Below are positions 32,032 through 41,772 of a stretch of 64,000 bases of DNA, in pieces. Within the stretch, counting starts at the first letter, position 1; each line of letters starts with the position of its first letter. The notes under the pieces were generated by a model. That model had not been told where the DNA came from. It worked only from the letters and a program-made list of their open reading frames with translations, and made no database searches. The position numbers and the translations under genes are program-made. The stretch comes from Nitrospirota bacterium (GTDB lineage: Bacteria > Nitrospirota > Nitrospiria > 2-01-FULL-66-17). The stretch spans positions 323,044 to 387,043 of the forward strand of contig JBMOMC010000007.1 in NCBI GenBank assembly GCA_049325335.1, read 5' to 3'.

Positions 32032-32751
32032 CTACCGACCGGCCGCGGCCAAGGTGTTGGCCTCAGCCGCCTGAGTCGCCGTGAGTTCGTTCCATTTGTG
32101 ATCCAACGCGTATTTGTGCGCCGCCTTGATCACGTCCATATTTTTCTGGATCAATTCCACCTTCTTCCCGAATTTCTTCTCGATCACGTTATCGAGCGAA
32201 GCCGTGCCGCCAGACACCACAAAACCTTTCCCGAGAAATCGTTCCTTAACGGACTGCTCAAGAGACGCCAAGTCGGGTAACCCGATGGTCCCGGCCACCG
32301 CGCCAACCATGCCCATATTCGTCGCCAGCTCGGTTCCGCCGACTTCGGTCGCCAGCCGGCTGGCCGGGATATAGAACACCTTGGCCCGTTTTTCGCGAAG
32401 CTCTCGCTCCTGGTCCGGTTCGAGCGTCAACGGATGTTCGGAGTTGATGACCACTACTCCGTCATCCTTGAGCCCCGAATAAAACGGCATGGTGTACGAT
32501 TTGCCATGTGTGATCACCTGGGTGTGGAAAATCATGATCACGTTCGGGTAGATAATCTCGCCGATTTCAAAGATCCGGCCCTCGGCGACGCGCACGTAGC
32601 TCTCAACCGGCGCCATGCGCTTTTCCGATCCGAAGAAGGGCACCAGGGTGCTTTCTCCCCCGGCGATGATCACCCCGTTGCTCATCACGTGCGACGCCGT
32701 CACCACGCCCTGCCCGCCGATGCCGGCCATCCGGATGTTATACCGCTTCAT
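32032..32751 (-). CDS. forG: 2-oxoacid:ferredoxin oxidoreductase gamma subunit
   Basis: GIGGQGVVTAS, FFGSEKRMAP. Confidence 0.75.
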   Translation of the reverse strand: MKRYNIRMAGIGGQGVVTASHVMSNGVIIAGGESTLVPFFGSEKRMAPVESYVRVAEGRIFEIGEIIYPNVIMIFHTQVITHGKSYTMPFYSGLKDDGVVVINSEHPLTLEPDQERELREKRAKVFYIPASRLATEVGGTELATNMGMVGAVAGTIGLPDLASLEQSVKERFLGKGFVVSGGTASLDNVIEKKFGKKVELIQKNMDVIKAAHKYALDHKWNELTATQAAEANTLAAAGR

Positions 32752-32791
32752 GACGTCCGCTCCTTCCGTCCGTTACCATGCCGTCCGACCA

Positions 32792-33676
32792 CTAGGCCTT
32801 CGGCGCCGCGACCGCTTTCTTGGCCTTCTTTTCCTGCTCGATCCGTTCCAGATAGGCCTTGGCCTCGTCGGAGATGATCTCCATAAAGCCGTAGCGATCC
32901 TTCTCCACGTCGCGCGCGTCGTCCATCACTTTCGCGGTCGGGATCGCGTACTCGATGTTGCACGACGTGTAGGCCTGCACGTAGGTGGGCCCCACTTCGC
33001 GCGCGATCAACACCGCCTTGCGGATCACGTTCGCGATCCGGGTCGGATTGGTCGGCGCGAGACGCGCGATATACGCCACGCCGGCCGTCTTCGCAAGACC
33101 GATCATGTCCATCTTCTCGAACTTCTTGCCGTGCGGCGCCATCTTGAGCACCACGCCTTTGTTGGTCATCCCGCTTTCTTGTCCGCCGGTGTTGCCGTAC
33201 ACCTCGTTGTCGAGCATCACCGTGGTGAACTTCTCTTTGCGGAACCAGGAGTGCATCACCGCGCTAAAACCGATGTCCGACAACCCGCCGTCGCCGGCCA
33301 TGACCACGACGTCTTTCTGCTGATTCGGGAACCGGATCTCCAAACCACGCTTCAACCCGGATGCCACCCCATTGGTGTCGCCGTAGTTGCCGTAGATGAA
33401 CGGGATCGACGCCTGCGACAGCGCAAGGCGCCCGCACCCGGCCGTGCCCAGAATCACGGTATGTTCCGGAGCTGGCAACCCGATGAGCGCGGTGCGGATA
33501 AATAAGGTCATCGCGCACCCTGCGCACATCGGGTGCTCTTCGAGAACCTCTTTGAACGTCCCCATCTCGCTGACCTTGACCTCGCGGCCGTACGGCCCGC
33601 GTTCGACCAGGTCCACGTATTCCTTCGGCATATACGACTCAAAGCCGGGCGAAATCTTCAATGTCTCGAGCGACAT
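32792..33676 (-). CDS. forB: 2-oxoacid:ferredoxin oxidoreductase beta (TPP-binding) subunit
   Basis: CAGC, GDG, DNEVYGNTGGQ. Confidence 0.75.
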   Translation of the reverse strand: MSLETLKISPGFESYMPKEYVDLVERGPYGREVKVSEMGTFKEVLEEHPMCAGCAMTLFIRTALIGLPAPEHTVILGTAGCGRLALSQASIPFIYGNYGDTNGVASGLKRGLEIRFPNQQKDVVVMAGDGGLSDIGFSAVMHSWFRKEKFTTVMLDNEVYGNTGGQESGMTNKGVVLKMAPHGKKFEKMDMIGLAKTAGVAYIARLAPTNPTRIANVIRKAVLIAREVGPTYVQAYTSCNIEYAIPTAKVMDDARDVEKDRYGFMEIISDEAKAYLERIEQEKKAKKAVAAPKA

Positions 33677-33709
33677 GTATCTCCTCCTGTGCGGTGGCTA
33701 CCCGATGGG

Positions 33710-34984
33710 CTAAGCCTGCAGCGGTTTGGTGGTCATCCGATCCACGTTCGGCTTTTTGTACAGATACTCCAGAATCAACTCGGTCGGCATCGACATTCCG
33801 CCGAACACGCGCGGTCCGGCCACGACCTCCGCGTTCGTGTGGCCGTACAAGGTAGACCGGACCTCCTTGGACAACCACCCCACGCAGTTGAATTCCGGCA
33901 CGATGATGCGCTTGGCGTGTTTACACGCCTCGATCAACTCTTGCGCGGGCCACGGCCGCAGCGACCGGACCTTCACGAGACCGATGCGATCTCCCCGCTC
34001 CTGCGCCTGGCGCACGGCTTCGCGGGACTGCGACACCGCGCTGCCGGAGGCCACGACCATGGTCTCCGCGCCGGGATTCACGACCTCGATCAGGCCGCCC
34101 ATGTATTTCTTGACCCACGGACGCGCGCGGTCCACCGCGGCCCAGATCTCCTGCTGCCACGATGCGTGCATCTGATAACTGATGAAATTGCTCTTCTGGA
34201 TCGGCGCGTCCCGGGACAAACGCGCCGGCGGGTTCTCGTTGTCCATCATCGGCACGGCTTCGTGATACGAATCCCGGGGCGGCAATTTGATGTCTTCCGG
34301 CGGCAACTCGACCCACCCGCGCGCGTGCGTGACGAAGAACCCGTCAACCGCCACCGCCGCCGGGAGCGTGACCTCGCACTTCTCGGCGATCATATACGCC
34401 TTGAGCGGGAAATCAAAGAAGTCCTGTTGGTTTTCCGCGTGGAACAGCAGGATGCCGGAATTGAGCAGATACGATAACTCCACGTTGTCGGGCTGAATCG
34501 CCAGTGGGGCGTTGATCACCCGACACATGACCATGAGGAGCAGTGGCATGCGGCCGCCGGGCCACGATGTGATCACTTCCAGCCCGCGCATCAGCCCGGG
34601 CCCCGCGGTGGCCGTCAGCGCCCGGACCCCGGAACGCGACGCGCCGGCGATCGCGGAAAACACGCCGTACTCTTCTTCCCCGCGGTAGTAATCCTTGAGA
34701 TACCCTTCGGCGTAGAGGTAGCCGACCTGCTGCATGGTTTCGCTCTGCGGCGTGATCGGATACGAAATCGCGATGTCCACGTTGGCGCGACGAATGGCTT
34801 CTTTCGCCGCCTCGCTGCCAGTGATGAACGTCTTGGTCCGCGGCGCCTCGAAAAACAGGTGTTCCGGGGTGACCACCCGTTGTTTGGCCGCCTTATTTTC
34901 TTTTTCCTTCTTGGGCGCTTCGGTCGCGGTAATGACGTCGCCCTGGGGGTTCGTCTTGACTTCGGTCTCGATCCCGTCAGCCAT
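33710..34984 (-). CDS. forA: 2-oxoacid:ferredoxin oxidoreductase alpha subunit
   Basis: YPITPQ, TATAGPG, DGFFVTH. Confidence 0.75.
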   Translation of the reverse strand: MADGIETEVKTNPQGDVITATEAPKKEKENKAAKQRVVTPEHLFFEAPRTKTFITGSEAAKEAIRRANVDIAISYPITPQSETMQQVGYLYAEGYLKDYYRGEEEYGVFSAIAGASRSGVRALTATAGPGLMRGLEVITSWPGGRMPLLLMVMCRVINAPLAIQPDNVELSYLLNSGILLFHAENQQDFFDFPLKAYMIAEKCEVTLPAAVAVDGFFVTHARGWVELPPEDIKLPPRDSYHEAVPMMDNENPPARLSRDAPIQKSNFISYQMHASWQQEIWAAVDRARPWVKKYMGGLIEVVNPGAETMVVASGSAVSQSREAVRQAQERGDRIGLVKVRSLRPWPAQELIEACKHAKRIIVPEFNCVGWLSKEVRSTLYGHTNAEVVAGPRVFGGMSMPTELILEYLYKKPNVDRMTTKPLQA

Positions 34985-34987
34985 CGT

Positions 34988-35734
34988 TTACTCCTCGTTT
35001 TCGTCCAGCCCGGCGACCAGCTCGTGCGCAAACTGCGGCGCCGCGGCGGCAATGGTCTCGCGCTGTTTCCGCTTCTGCTCGCGTTGAGCCTCCAGATCCC
35101 GCTTCCCTTCCGGCGTCAACGCCCAGGGAGTCACCCCTTCCTTCTTGACCTGACGAAGCGCCGCCACCACCTTGCGCAGCTTCTCGGTCCCGCAATGGGG
35201 AAGCGACGCCATGGCATCTTCGTGCCCGGCTTCCGCGCACAGCGCCACGGTATAGCAGTTGGTTCCCGCCCGCACCATCTTGAGCGTAATGTTCGCATAA
35301 TGACAGTGCAGGCCGACGAAGATGCACGCTTCGATCTTGTTATGCCAGATCGTCAAATTGGGATGACAGGGATTGATCACGGCCTCGGGGTCGATCTTGG
35401 GGTAGATCGGCCGGTAATCCGGCATGGGGATGATCTTGACCCCGGGGATCTCCGCCGCGAGTTCCAGCACCACGCTCGCCTTCTCCTGCGTGAGCTTGTT
35501 CCACCCCCACAGCACGAGCGGTCCCGGGAAGATCGTGGGATTCCTCCGGGTCAGTATCTTCTTCGCCAAGGCCTTGAGCGCCGCATCCTCGGACACGAGG
35601 ACGCCCTCCACCAGCCCCTCACCGTCCTGCGGCAGCACCACGCCCATCGCCGCGGCGGAAGGGGGCAACAACCCCTCGGGTCCGGGAAGGACCTGATATC
35701 GCTCGGTACTGGTTGCAGTTGCCATACGGATCAA
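34988..35734 (-). CDS. forD: 2-oxoacid:ferredoxin oxidoreductase delta subunit (five-subunit type)
   Basis: IPMPDYRP, INPCHPNLTIWHNKI; first gene of the D-A-B-G-E cluster. Confidence 0.65.
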   Translation of the reverse strand: MIRMATATSTERYQVLPGPEGLLPPSAAAMGVVLPQDGEGLVEGVLVSEDAALKALAKKILTRRNPTIFPGPLVLWGWNKLTQEKASVVLELAAEIPGVKIIPMPDYRPIYPKIDPEAVINPCHPNLTIWHNKIEACIFVGLHCHYANITLKMVRAGTNCYTVALCAEAGHEDAMASLPHCGTEKLRKVVAALRQVKKEGVTPWALTPEGKRDLEAQREQKRKQRETIAAAAPQFAHELVAGLDENEE

Positions 35735-35999
35735 CTCCTCTCTATCTGTTTAGCCATTTTGAGACGTTGACACGAGCATACACGGACGCAAAAAACACCA
35801 CCCCATCCGTATCGTGGGCCCTACCATATCGAATTACAAAGCCCGCGTCAATTCAGCAGAAGACCTAGGCGTGGGCTAGGACTTTCGGCCATCGCGCGCG
35901 CGACATAGCATGCGCGCGGTACTATACCGTCCGAATGAAAGGCATGTCAACGCGCGCGCCGTCGATCCGGCGCGCGGGCAACCGACGCCTCCTCCGACC

Positions 36000-36278
36000 C
36001 TAGCGGTCGACCAGTTCCTTGAGCTCTTTGCCGGCTTTGAAAAACGGGACGCGCTTGGCCGGGACGTGCACGGAGGTGCCCGTCTTGGGATTGCGGCCCT
36101 CGCGCGTGCGGCGATCGCGGAGGCGGAAGCTGCCGAATCCGCGGATTTCAATCTTATCGCCGCGCGCCAAGGTATCCTTGATCCCGTCGAGAATCGCGTT
36201 GATAATGATCTCGGTCTGACGTTTAGTCAGACCGGTGACCTTCCGCGACACCTCTTCAATCAGTTCCGCCTTGGTCAT
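36000..36278 (-). CDS. ihfB: Integration host factor beta / HU family
   Basis: IEIRGFGSF, GRNPKTG, FKAGKELKE; follows rpsA-sppA. Confidence 0.88.
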   Translation of the reverse strand: MTKAELIEEVSRKVTGLTKRQTEIIINAILDGIKDTLARGDKIEIRGFGSFRLRDRRTREGRNPKTGTSVHVPAKRVPFFKAGKELKELVDR

Positions 36279-36294
36279 CTTCCCATCCCCCTGG

Positions 36295-37179
36295 CTAGCC
36301 CCAGGTCCACAAATAGTTCAACCGGATGGTCGGCGCGGGATCCATGAGCGCCCCGATCCGACCGCGGAATACCGTGCGAATGAAGTCGCTGAACGAAAAC
36401 GGACGCTTAGGTTCGACGACCACCGGACGCCCCTCGATCCCGGCCAATGCGCCGGCAATGGTGATCGCGTCCTCGAAGCTGCCGATCTCGTCGACCAACC
36501 CCTTGTCCTTGGCCTGGCGGCCCGTGAACACCTGGCCGTCGGCAATGGCCGTCACCGCGTCCTTGTCCAGTCCTCGGCCGTCCGCCACGGCCTGGATGAA
36601 TTGATCGTGGACGTCGTCCATCACCTGCTGGAGAATCGCGCGCTCCTCGTCGCCGAGCTTGCGAAACGGGGAAATGAGGTCCTTATGCGCGCCGCTCTTA
36701 ACCACGGTGTTGTCCACCCCGATCTTCTTCATGAGTTCCTCGAAATTCGGCATCTCGAGGATCACGCCGATGCTGCCGGTCAGGGTACCGGGGTTCGCCA
36801 CGATGCGGTCCGACGCGCTCGCGATGTAATACCCGCCGGAGGCCGCGACCGAGCCCATCGACACCACGACCTTTTGTCTCCCATGGGCTCGGATCTTGCG
36901 AACCTGATCGTAGATTTCCTGCGAAGGAACGACCGCCCCGCCCGGACTGTCGATGCGGATCAAGATGGCGCGAATCGCTTCGTTCTCCGCAAAGTCACGG
37001 AGCTGCTCGACCGGCTCATCCGCGTCGAGGATCACGCCCTCGACCCGCACCAGCGCGATTTGATTGGCCGCGCTCGCCGGCCGCTCCACCAACCGCGCGG
37101 TGAGATAGGTCCCGAGAAAAAACGCGGCCGCCAGAATCAAAAAAACGATGAAACCGGTGAACAGCGGGCGCTTGGCCAT
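36295..37179 (-). CDS. sppA: Signal peptide peptidase SppA (short type)
   Basis: IDSPGG, AASGGYY, TGSIGV. Confidence 0.95.
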   Translation of the reverse strand: MAKRPLFTGFIVFLILAAAFFLGTYLTARLVERPASAANQIALVRVEGVILDADEPVEQLRDFAENEAIRAILIRIDSPGGAVVPSQEIYDQVRKIRAHGRQKVVVSMGSVAASGGYYIASASDRIVANPGTLTGSIGVILEMPNFEELMKKIGVDNTVVKSGAHKDLISPFRKLGDEERAILQQVMDDVHDQFIQAVADGRGLDKDAVTAIADGQVFTGRQAKDKGLVDEIGSFEDAITIAGALAGIEGRPVVVEPKRPFSFSDFIRTVFRGRIGALMDPAPTIRLNYLWTWG

Positions 37180-37223
37180 GTTATGACCGAGGCTTCACGC
37201 TTCCCCGACTCCGAAGGAGTCGG

Positions 37224-37390
37224 AGGCTGTTCAAGAATCGGCCGGATGCCCCCTTCGGGGACTTCCGCCATCGCATGCTTTGAAGGTGGGTCGCAAGGCG
37301 GAGCGAGCGCCCGCACCGCAGCGTACTGGGTCGTACGTGAGGAGCGGACGCGCAGCGACAACGCCGCAGACGGCCGTTCATGAACAGCCT
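37224..37390. mobile_element. MITE-like element copy 4 (43-bp module)
   Basis: TIRs AGGCTGTTCAAGAA / TTCATGAACAGCCT; right end coincides with the rpsA TAG. Confidence 0.75.
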
Positions 37391-39056
37391 AACGCCGCTT
37401 GGCGGTGTGGCGGTCGCCGCCTTCGGAAAGCCCCCAATCCCCCACATGCTCGCGAATACTCAACGCAATTTTGCGCTCGGCCGGGTCGATCCGGATCACC
37501 CGTGCCGTCACCGCGTCGGCCGGCTTATACCGTTCGTCGATCCGTTGGCCTTCCAGGTTCATCTCGCTCACGTGGATCAGCCCCTCGACGCCGTCCTCGA
37601 ATTCCAGAAACGCGCCGAAATCCGCTACCTTCACGACCTTGCCGGTGACGTCCTGGCCCACCTGATACCTATTCGGTATTTCTCGCTCCCACGGATCCGG
37701 CGCCAACTGCTTGTACCCCAGAGATAGACGCTCCTTGTCCTTGTCCACGCGCAGCACCACGGCCTTGACCGCTTGGCCCTTCTTAAACAGGTCCGACGGA
37801 TGCACCACGCGTTTGGTCCACGACAGGTCGGACACGTGGATCAACCCGTCGATGCCCTCTTCCAGGCCGACGAACACGCCGAACTCGGTCAGGCTCTTGA
37901 CCTTGCCCTCGATGGTCGAACCCACCGGGTACTTGGTCTCCACGATGATCCAGGGATTCGCCACCACCTGCTTCATGCCCAGCGAGATCTTGCGGCTCTT
38001 GCGATCCACATTGAGCACTTGCGCCTCGACCTGATCGCCGGCCGTCACGATCTTGGACGGGTGTTTGATCTCGTGCGACCACGTCATCTCGGAAATGTGC
38101 ACCAAGCCCTCGATGCCGGGCTCCAGCTCCACGAACGCGCCGTAGTCCACCAAACTGACCACCTTGCCGCGCACGCGCGAACCCACCGGATACTTGTCTT
38201 CGACCTGCACCCACGGATCCGGCTTGAGCTGCTTGACCCCCAAGGAAATGCGCCCGGTCTCCCGGTCGTATTTGAGGATCATGACCTTGACGCGATCGCC
38301 CACCATGAACATCTCGGACGGATGCGCTACGCGGCCCCAGGACATGTCGGTGATGTGCAGCAACCCGTCGATGCCGCCCAGGTCGATGAACGCCCCGTAG
38401 TCCGTGATGTTCTTGACCTGCCCGTCGATGACCTGGCCTTCCTGCAACGTGGACATGGCCTGTTGCTTGCGCCGATCGCGCGTCTCCTCGAGCACGACGC
38501 GGCGCGACACCACCACGTTGCTGCGGCGGTGGTTCATCTTGATGATCTTCATCTGGAAGGTCTTGCCGACCAACGCGTCCAGGTCCCGGACGGGCCGGAG
38601 GTCGATCTGCGAGCCGGGCAAAAACGCCTTGATCCCGATATCGACCATCATCCCGCCCTTGATCTTGTTGAGGACCTTGCCTTCGATCACGTCGCCCTTC
38701 TCGAAGATCCGCTCCAGATCGCCCCAAATCTTCATGCGATCGGCCTTCTCTTTCGAGAGGATCATATTGCCGTCGGCGTCTTCTCGCTCCTCCAGATACA
38801 CCGGGAACCGGTCGCCTACCTTGAGCGCGTTGAGTTCATCCGGAGCGAACTCTTCGCGCGGAACAATGCCTTCGGATTTATATCCTACGTCGACGACCAC
38901 GCCCTCGGGCTGCACGGCCACGACGGTGCCATCCACGATGCTGCCTTCCTCCAATTGCTTGAAGGTTTCGGCGTACATCAATTCGATGTCCGTCATTTCC
39001 GTGCCCTTTTGGAAGGGCTTTCGAACGACCCCGATTTCCGACTGCGTGCTCGCCAT
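37389..39056 (-). CDS. rpsA: 30S ribosomal protein S1
   Basis: Repeated S1 domains (YGAFIDLGGIDGLLHITD and similar). Confidence 0.99.
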   Translation of the reverse strand: MASTQSEIGVVRKPFQKGTEMTDIELMYAETFKQLEEGSIVDGTVVAVQPEGVVVDVGYKSEGIVPREEFAPDELNALKVGDRFPVYLEEREDADGNMILSKEKADRMKIWGDLERIFEKGDVIEGKVLNKIKGGMMVDIGIKAFLPGSQIDLRPVRDLDALVGKTFQMKIIKMNHRRSNVVVSRRVVLEETRDRRKQQAMSTLQEGQVIDGQVKNITDYGAFIDLGGIDGLLHITDMSWGRVAHPSEMFMVGDRVKVMILKYDRETGRISLGVKQLKPDPWVQVEDKYPVGSRVRGKVVSLVDYGAFVELEPGIEGLVHISEMTWSHEIKHPSKIVTAGDQVEAQVLNVDRKSRKISLGMKQVVANPWIIVETKYPVGSTIEGKVKSLTEFGVFVGLEEGIDGLIHVSDLSWTKRVVHPSDLFKKGQAVKAVVLRVDKDKERLSLGYKQLAPDPWEREIPNRYQVGQDVTGKVVKVADFGAFLEFEDGVEGLIHVSEMNLEGQRIDERYKPADAVTARVIRIDPAERKIALSIREHVGDWGLSEGGDRHTAKRR

Positions 39057-39101
39057 ACGTCTACATCCTCTCTTCGCTGCGATCCTGCGGTGAAGGGTGA
39101 A

Positions 39102-39773
39102 TTACCGTGGAACCGCCGAAGCCTCCGACACCCGCGGGCGCCTGGCCTGCGCCTCGCGCTGAAGCTCCGCGATCCGTCCCATGATCTCCTGACTGACCTC
39201 CTGATACCGGCGCTTGGACGACGGTTCGTCGTCCTCACGCCCCTCCTCATTATTGCGCCACTGCATCGGCTCGCCAAACACCACCGTGATCGGCCTGCAG
39301 CGCAACCACTTCGCCCCGGGCGGCCATGCCTCCCCGGTTCCGGCCACGTACGTGGGCACCACCGGAACGCCGGTGCGCACCGCCAACATCCCCACCCCCG
39401 GCTTGGCCTCGCGCAACCGCTCGTCGGGACTGCGCGTGCCCTCCGGATACATCACGATCAGCCGCCCCGCCGTCAAACGCCGTTGCACGTCGGCGAGCGC
39501 CGCTCGATCAACGGTTCCCCGTCGGATCGGCACCCCGCCGAGCCGGCGGAAGAACCATCCCACTACGGGGTTCCCGAACAACTCGTCTTTCGCCAGAAAA
39601 TCAGCCCGTCTGGCGAGCGCACATCCCACGATCGGAATGTCCAGGTAACTGACGTGATTGGCGGCGACGATCACCCCGCCTTCGGCCGGGACCCGGTCGC
39701 GTCCCACCACCTCCAGCGAGCAACACCACCGCGCGACCCATGACACCAGGGGGTGCGCGACCTCGTACAGCAC
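39102..39773 (-). CDS. plsC: 1-acyl-sn-glycerol-3-phosphate acyltransferase
   Basis: NHVSYLD, YPEGTRS. Confidence 0.92.
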   Translation of the reverse strand: MLYEVAHPLVSWVARWCCSLEVVGRDRVPAEGGVIVAANHVSYLDIPIVGCALARRADFLAKDELFGNPVVGWFFRRLGGVPIRRGTVDRAALADVQRRLTAGRLIVMYPEGTRSPDERLREAKPGVGMLAVRTGVPVVPTYVAGTGEAWPPGAKWLRCRPITVVFGEPMQWRNNEEGREDDEPSSKRRYQEVSQEIMGRIAELQREAQARRPRVSEASAVPR

Positions 39774-39775
39774 AC

Positions 39776-40462
39776 TTACCGCGAAACCGCGGCGCGCCGC
39801 CGGTCGACGGCCGCAACCATTGTATCGACCACCTGATCCAAGGTCAAGCCGGTCGAGTCCACGGCGATCGCGTCCTCGGCCTTGCGCAACGGCGCCACCG
39901 CGCGGGTCATGTCTTTGCGGTCGCGCGCCACGATCTCGTCGATCGTGGTCTGTAACTCGACGTCCATGCCCTTGGCGCGCAGCTCCTTGTAACGTCGCTC
40001 TCCGCGAACACGCGTGTCCGCGTCCAGATAAAATTTCACGTCCGCGTTCGGAAACACCACGGTGCCGATGTCGCGGCCTTCCATCACCACGCCGCCGTCT
40101 TTGGCCAACGCGCGTTGCAGGCGCAACATGGGATCGCGCACCGAGGGATTGGACGCGATCTGCGCCGAGACCCGGCTCATCTCCGGCGTGCGCAACTGGT
40201 CGGTCACGTCGCGTTGATCCACCAAGATCCTGGCCCCGTCCCCGCGACGGACCACTTCGATCACGGTGGTCCCGCTGACGCGCTGCAGCGCGGCGTTATC
40301 CGTGGGGTCGATCCCCTGTTCGCGCACCTTCCACGCCAACGCACGATAAAACGCGCCGCTCTCGATATAGAGATACCCCAGCCGTTTGGCCACCCGCGTA
40401 CCCGCGGTGCTCTTACCCGCGGCCGAGGGACCGTCGATTGCCACGATTAATTCACGGGACAT
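39776..40462 (-). CDS. cmk: Cytidylate kinase
   Basis: AIDGPSAAGKST, EGRDIGTVVFP. Confidence 0.97.
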   Translation of the reverse strand: MSRELIVAIDGPSAAGKSTAGTRVAKRLGYLYIESGAFYRALAWKVREQGIDPTDNAALQRVSGTTVIEVVRRGDGARILVDQRDVTDQLRTPEMSRVSAQIASNPSVRDPMLRLQRALAKDGGVVMEGRDIGTVVFPNADVKFYLDADTRVRGERRYKELRAKGMDVELQTTIDEIVARDRKDMTRAVAPLRKAEDAIAVDSTGLTLDQVVDTMVAAVDRRRAAVSR

Positions 40463-41772
40463 CAGCGCCTCACTCGTTCGATCAGTTCGAAAAACCCGGG
40501 GAACGACGTGCCCACGCACTCCACGTCGTCGATCGTGGTCGGCCCGGTCGCGCGCAGCGCGGCTACGGCCAACGCCATGGCGATGCGGTGATCGCCGTGG
40601 CTGGAACAACGCGCCCCGGCCGCGCGTTGCGGACCGACGATCCGCATGCCGGCCGGCCGCTCCTCAACCCGAATGCCCATTTTCGCCAGTTCTTCCGCCA
40701 TCACGCGGATCCGATCGCTCTCTTTGACCCGCAACTCGCCCGCGTCGTCGATGATCGTTTCCCCCTCGGCGAACGCGGCCAACACGCAGAGGATCGGAAA
40801 CTCGTCGATTGCGCGCGGCACCAACGAGCCCTTGATCGTGGCACCGCGCAGCCGCGTGGTCCGCACGGTCAGCGACGCGGTGGGTTCGCCGGAGACCTCG
40901 CGGGCGTTGCCGAGTTTCACCGACGCGCCCATGCTCGCGAGTACGTCGAGCAATCCGGTGCGCGTGGGGTTCACGCCCACGCGACCGATTTCCAACTCGG
41001 ACCCGGGCACCAACAACGCCGCCGCGATCAAAAACGCGGCGGACGAAATGTCGCCCGGCACGTCGACGGTGGCGCCGGTCAGATTCACCGGTCCGGTCAC
41101 TGCCACCGCGCCTCCGTCGATCGAGACGGGCACACCGAACGCGCGCAACATGCGTTCGGTATGGTCGCGCGACGCGGACGGCTCGTACACCGCGGTGCGT
41201 CCCTCGGCCCCGAGCCCCGCGAGCAGGATCGCGGACTTGACCTGCGCGCTGGCCACCGGTAAGCGAAACTCTCCGGCCTTGAGCCGACGGCCCGCCACGG
41301 TCAGCGGCGCCAGCCGGCCGTCCTCGCGCCCCACGATCATCGCGCCCATCGCGCGCAGCGGCTCCACCACCCGGGCCATGGGCCGCCGCCGCAACGACGC
41401 GTCGCCCGTCAAGACCGTGCACATCGGAAGCCCGGCGACCAACCCGGTCAGCAGCCGGATACTGGTTCCCGAGTTCCCGCAATCGATCACGTCCTCGGGT
41501 TCCCTCAGCGCGGCGGGGCCCGCCGCGATCCGCAGCGCGGGGCGATCGTCGGAATCCACGGTGTCGATGACGCGACCCAACGCCCGCATCGCGGCCACGG
41601 TGCGCAGACAATCGTCCGCCGGCAGATACCCGCGAATCAGGGTTTCCCCGCGCGCCAGGCCGCCCAACATGATCGCCCGGTGCGTGATCGATTTGTCCCC
41701 CGGAACCTCGATCCGCCCCTGCAAGGCCCCGCCGGGCTTGACCACCGCGGCCTTGGCCGCCGCGGTCTTCAC
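40462..41772 (-). CDS. aroA: EPSP synthase
   Basis: PGDKSITHR, GNSGT, SAQVKS, RDHTE, KESDR, DHRIAM; GTG start overlapping the tyrA stop. Confidence 0.98.
   Translation of the reverse strand: MKTAAAKAAVVKPGGALQGRIEVPGDKSITHRAIMLGGLARGETLIRGYLPADDCLRTVAAMRALGRVIDTVDSDDRPALRIAAGPAALREPEDVIDCGNSGTSIRLLTGLVAGLPMCTVLTGDASLRRRPMARVVEPLRAMGAMIVGREDGRLAPLTVAGRRLKAGEFRLPVASAQVKSAILLAGLGAEGRTAVYEPSASRDHTERMLRAFGVPVSIDGGAVAVTGPVNLTGATVDVPGDISSAAFLIAAALLVPGSELEIGRVGVNPTRTGLLDVLASMGASVKLGNAREVSGEPTASLTVRTTRLRGATIKGSLVPRAIDEFPILCVLAAFAEGETIIDDAGELRVKESDRIRVMAEELAKMGIRVEERPAGMRIVGPQRAAGARCSSHGDHRIAMALAVAALRATGPTTIDDVECVGTSFPGFFELIERVRR

Noticed and set aside
16838..37390. Dispersed repeats as a CRISPR array
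   Set aside because: Copies are kilobases apart, there is no repeat-spacer tandem, and no cas genes are present.
37773..39743. 656-aa plus-strand ORF
   Set aside because: Antisense to rpsA/plsC; codon-bias shadow.
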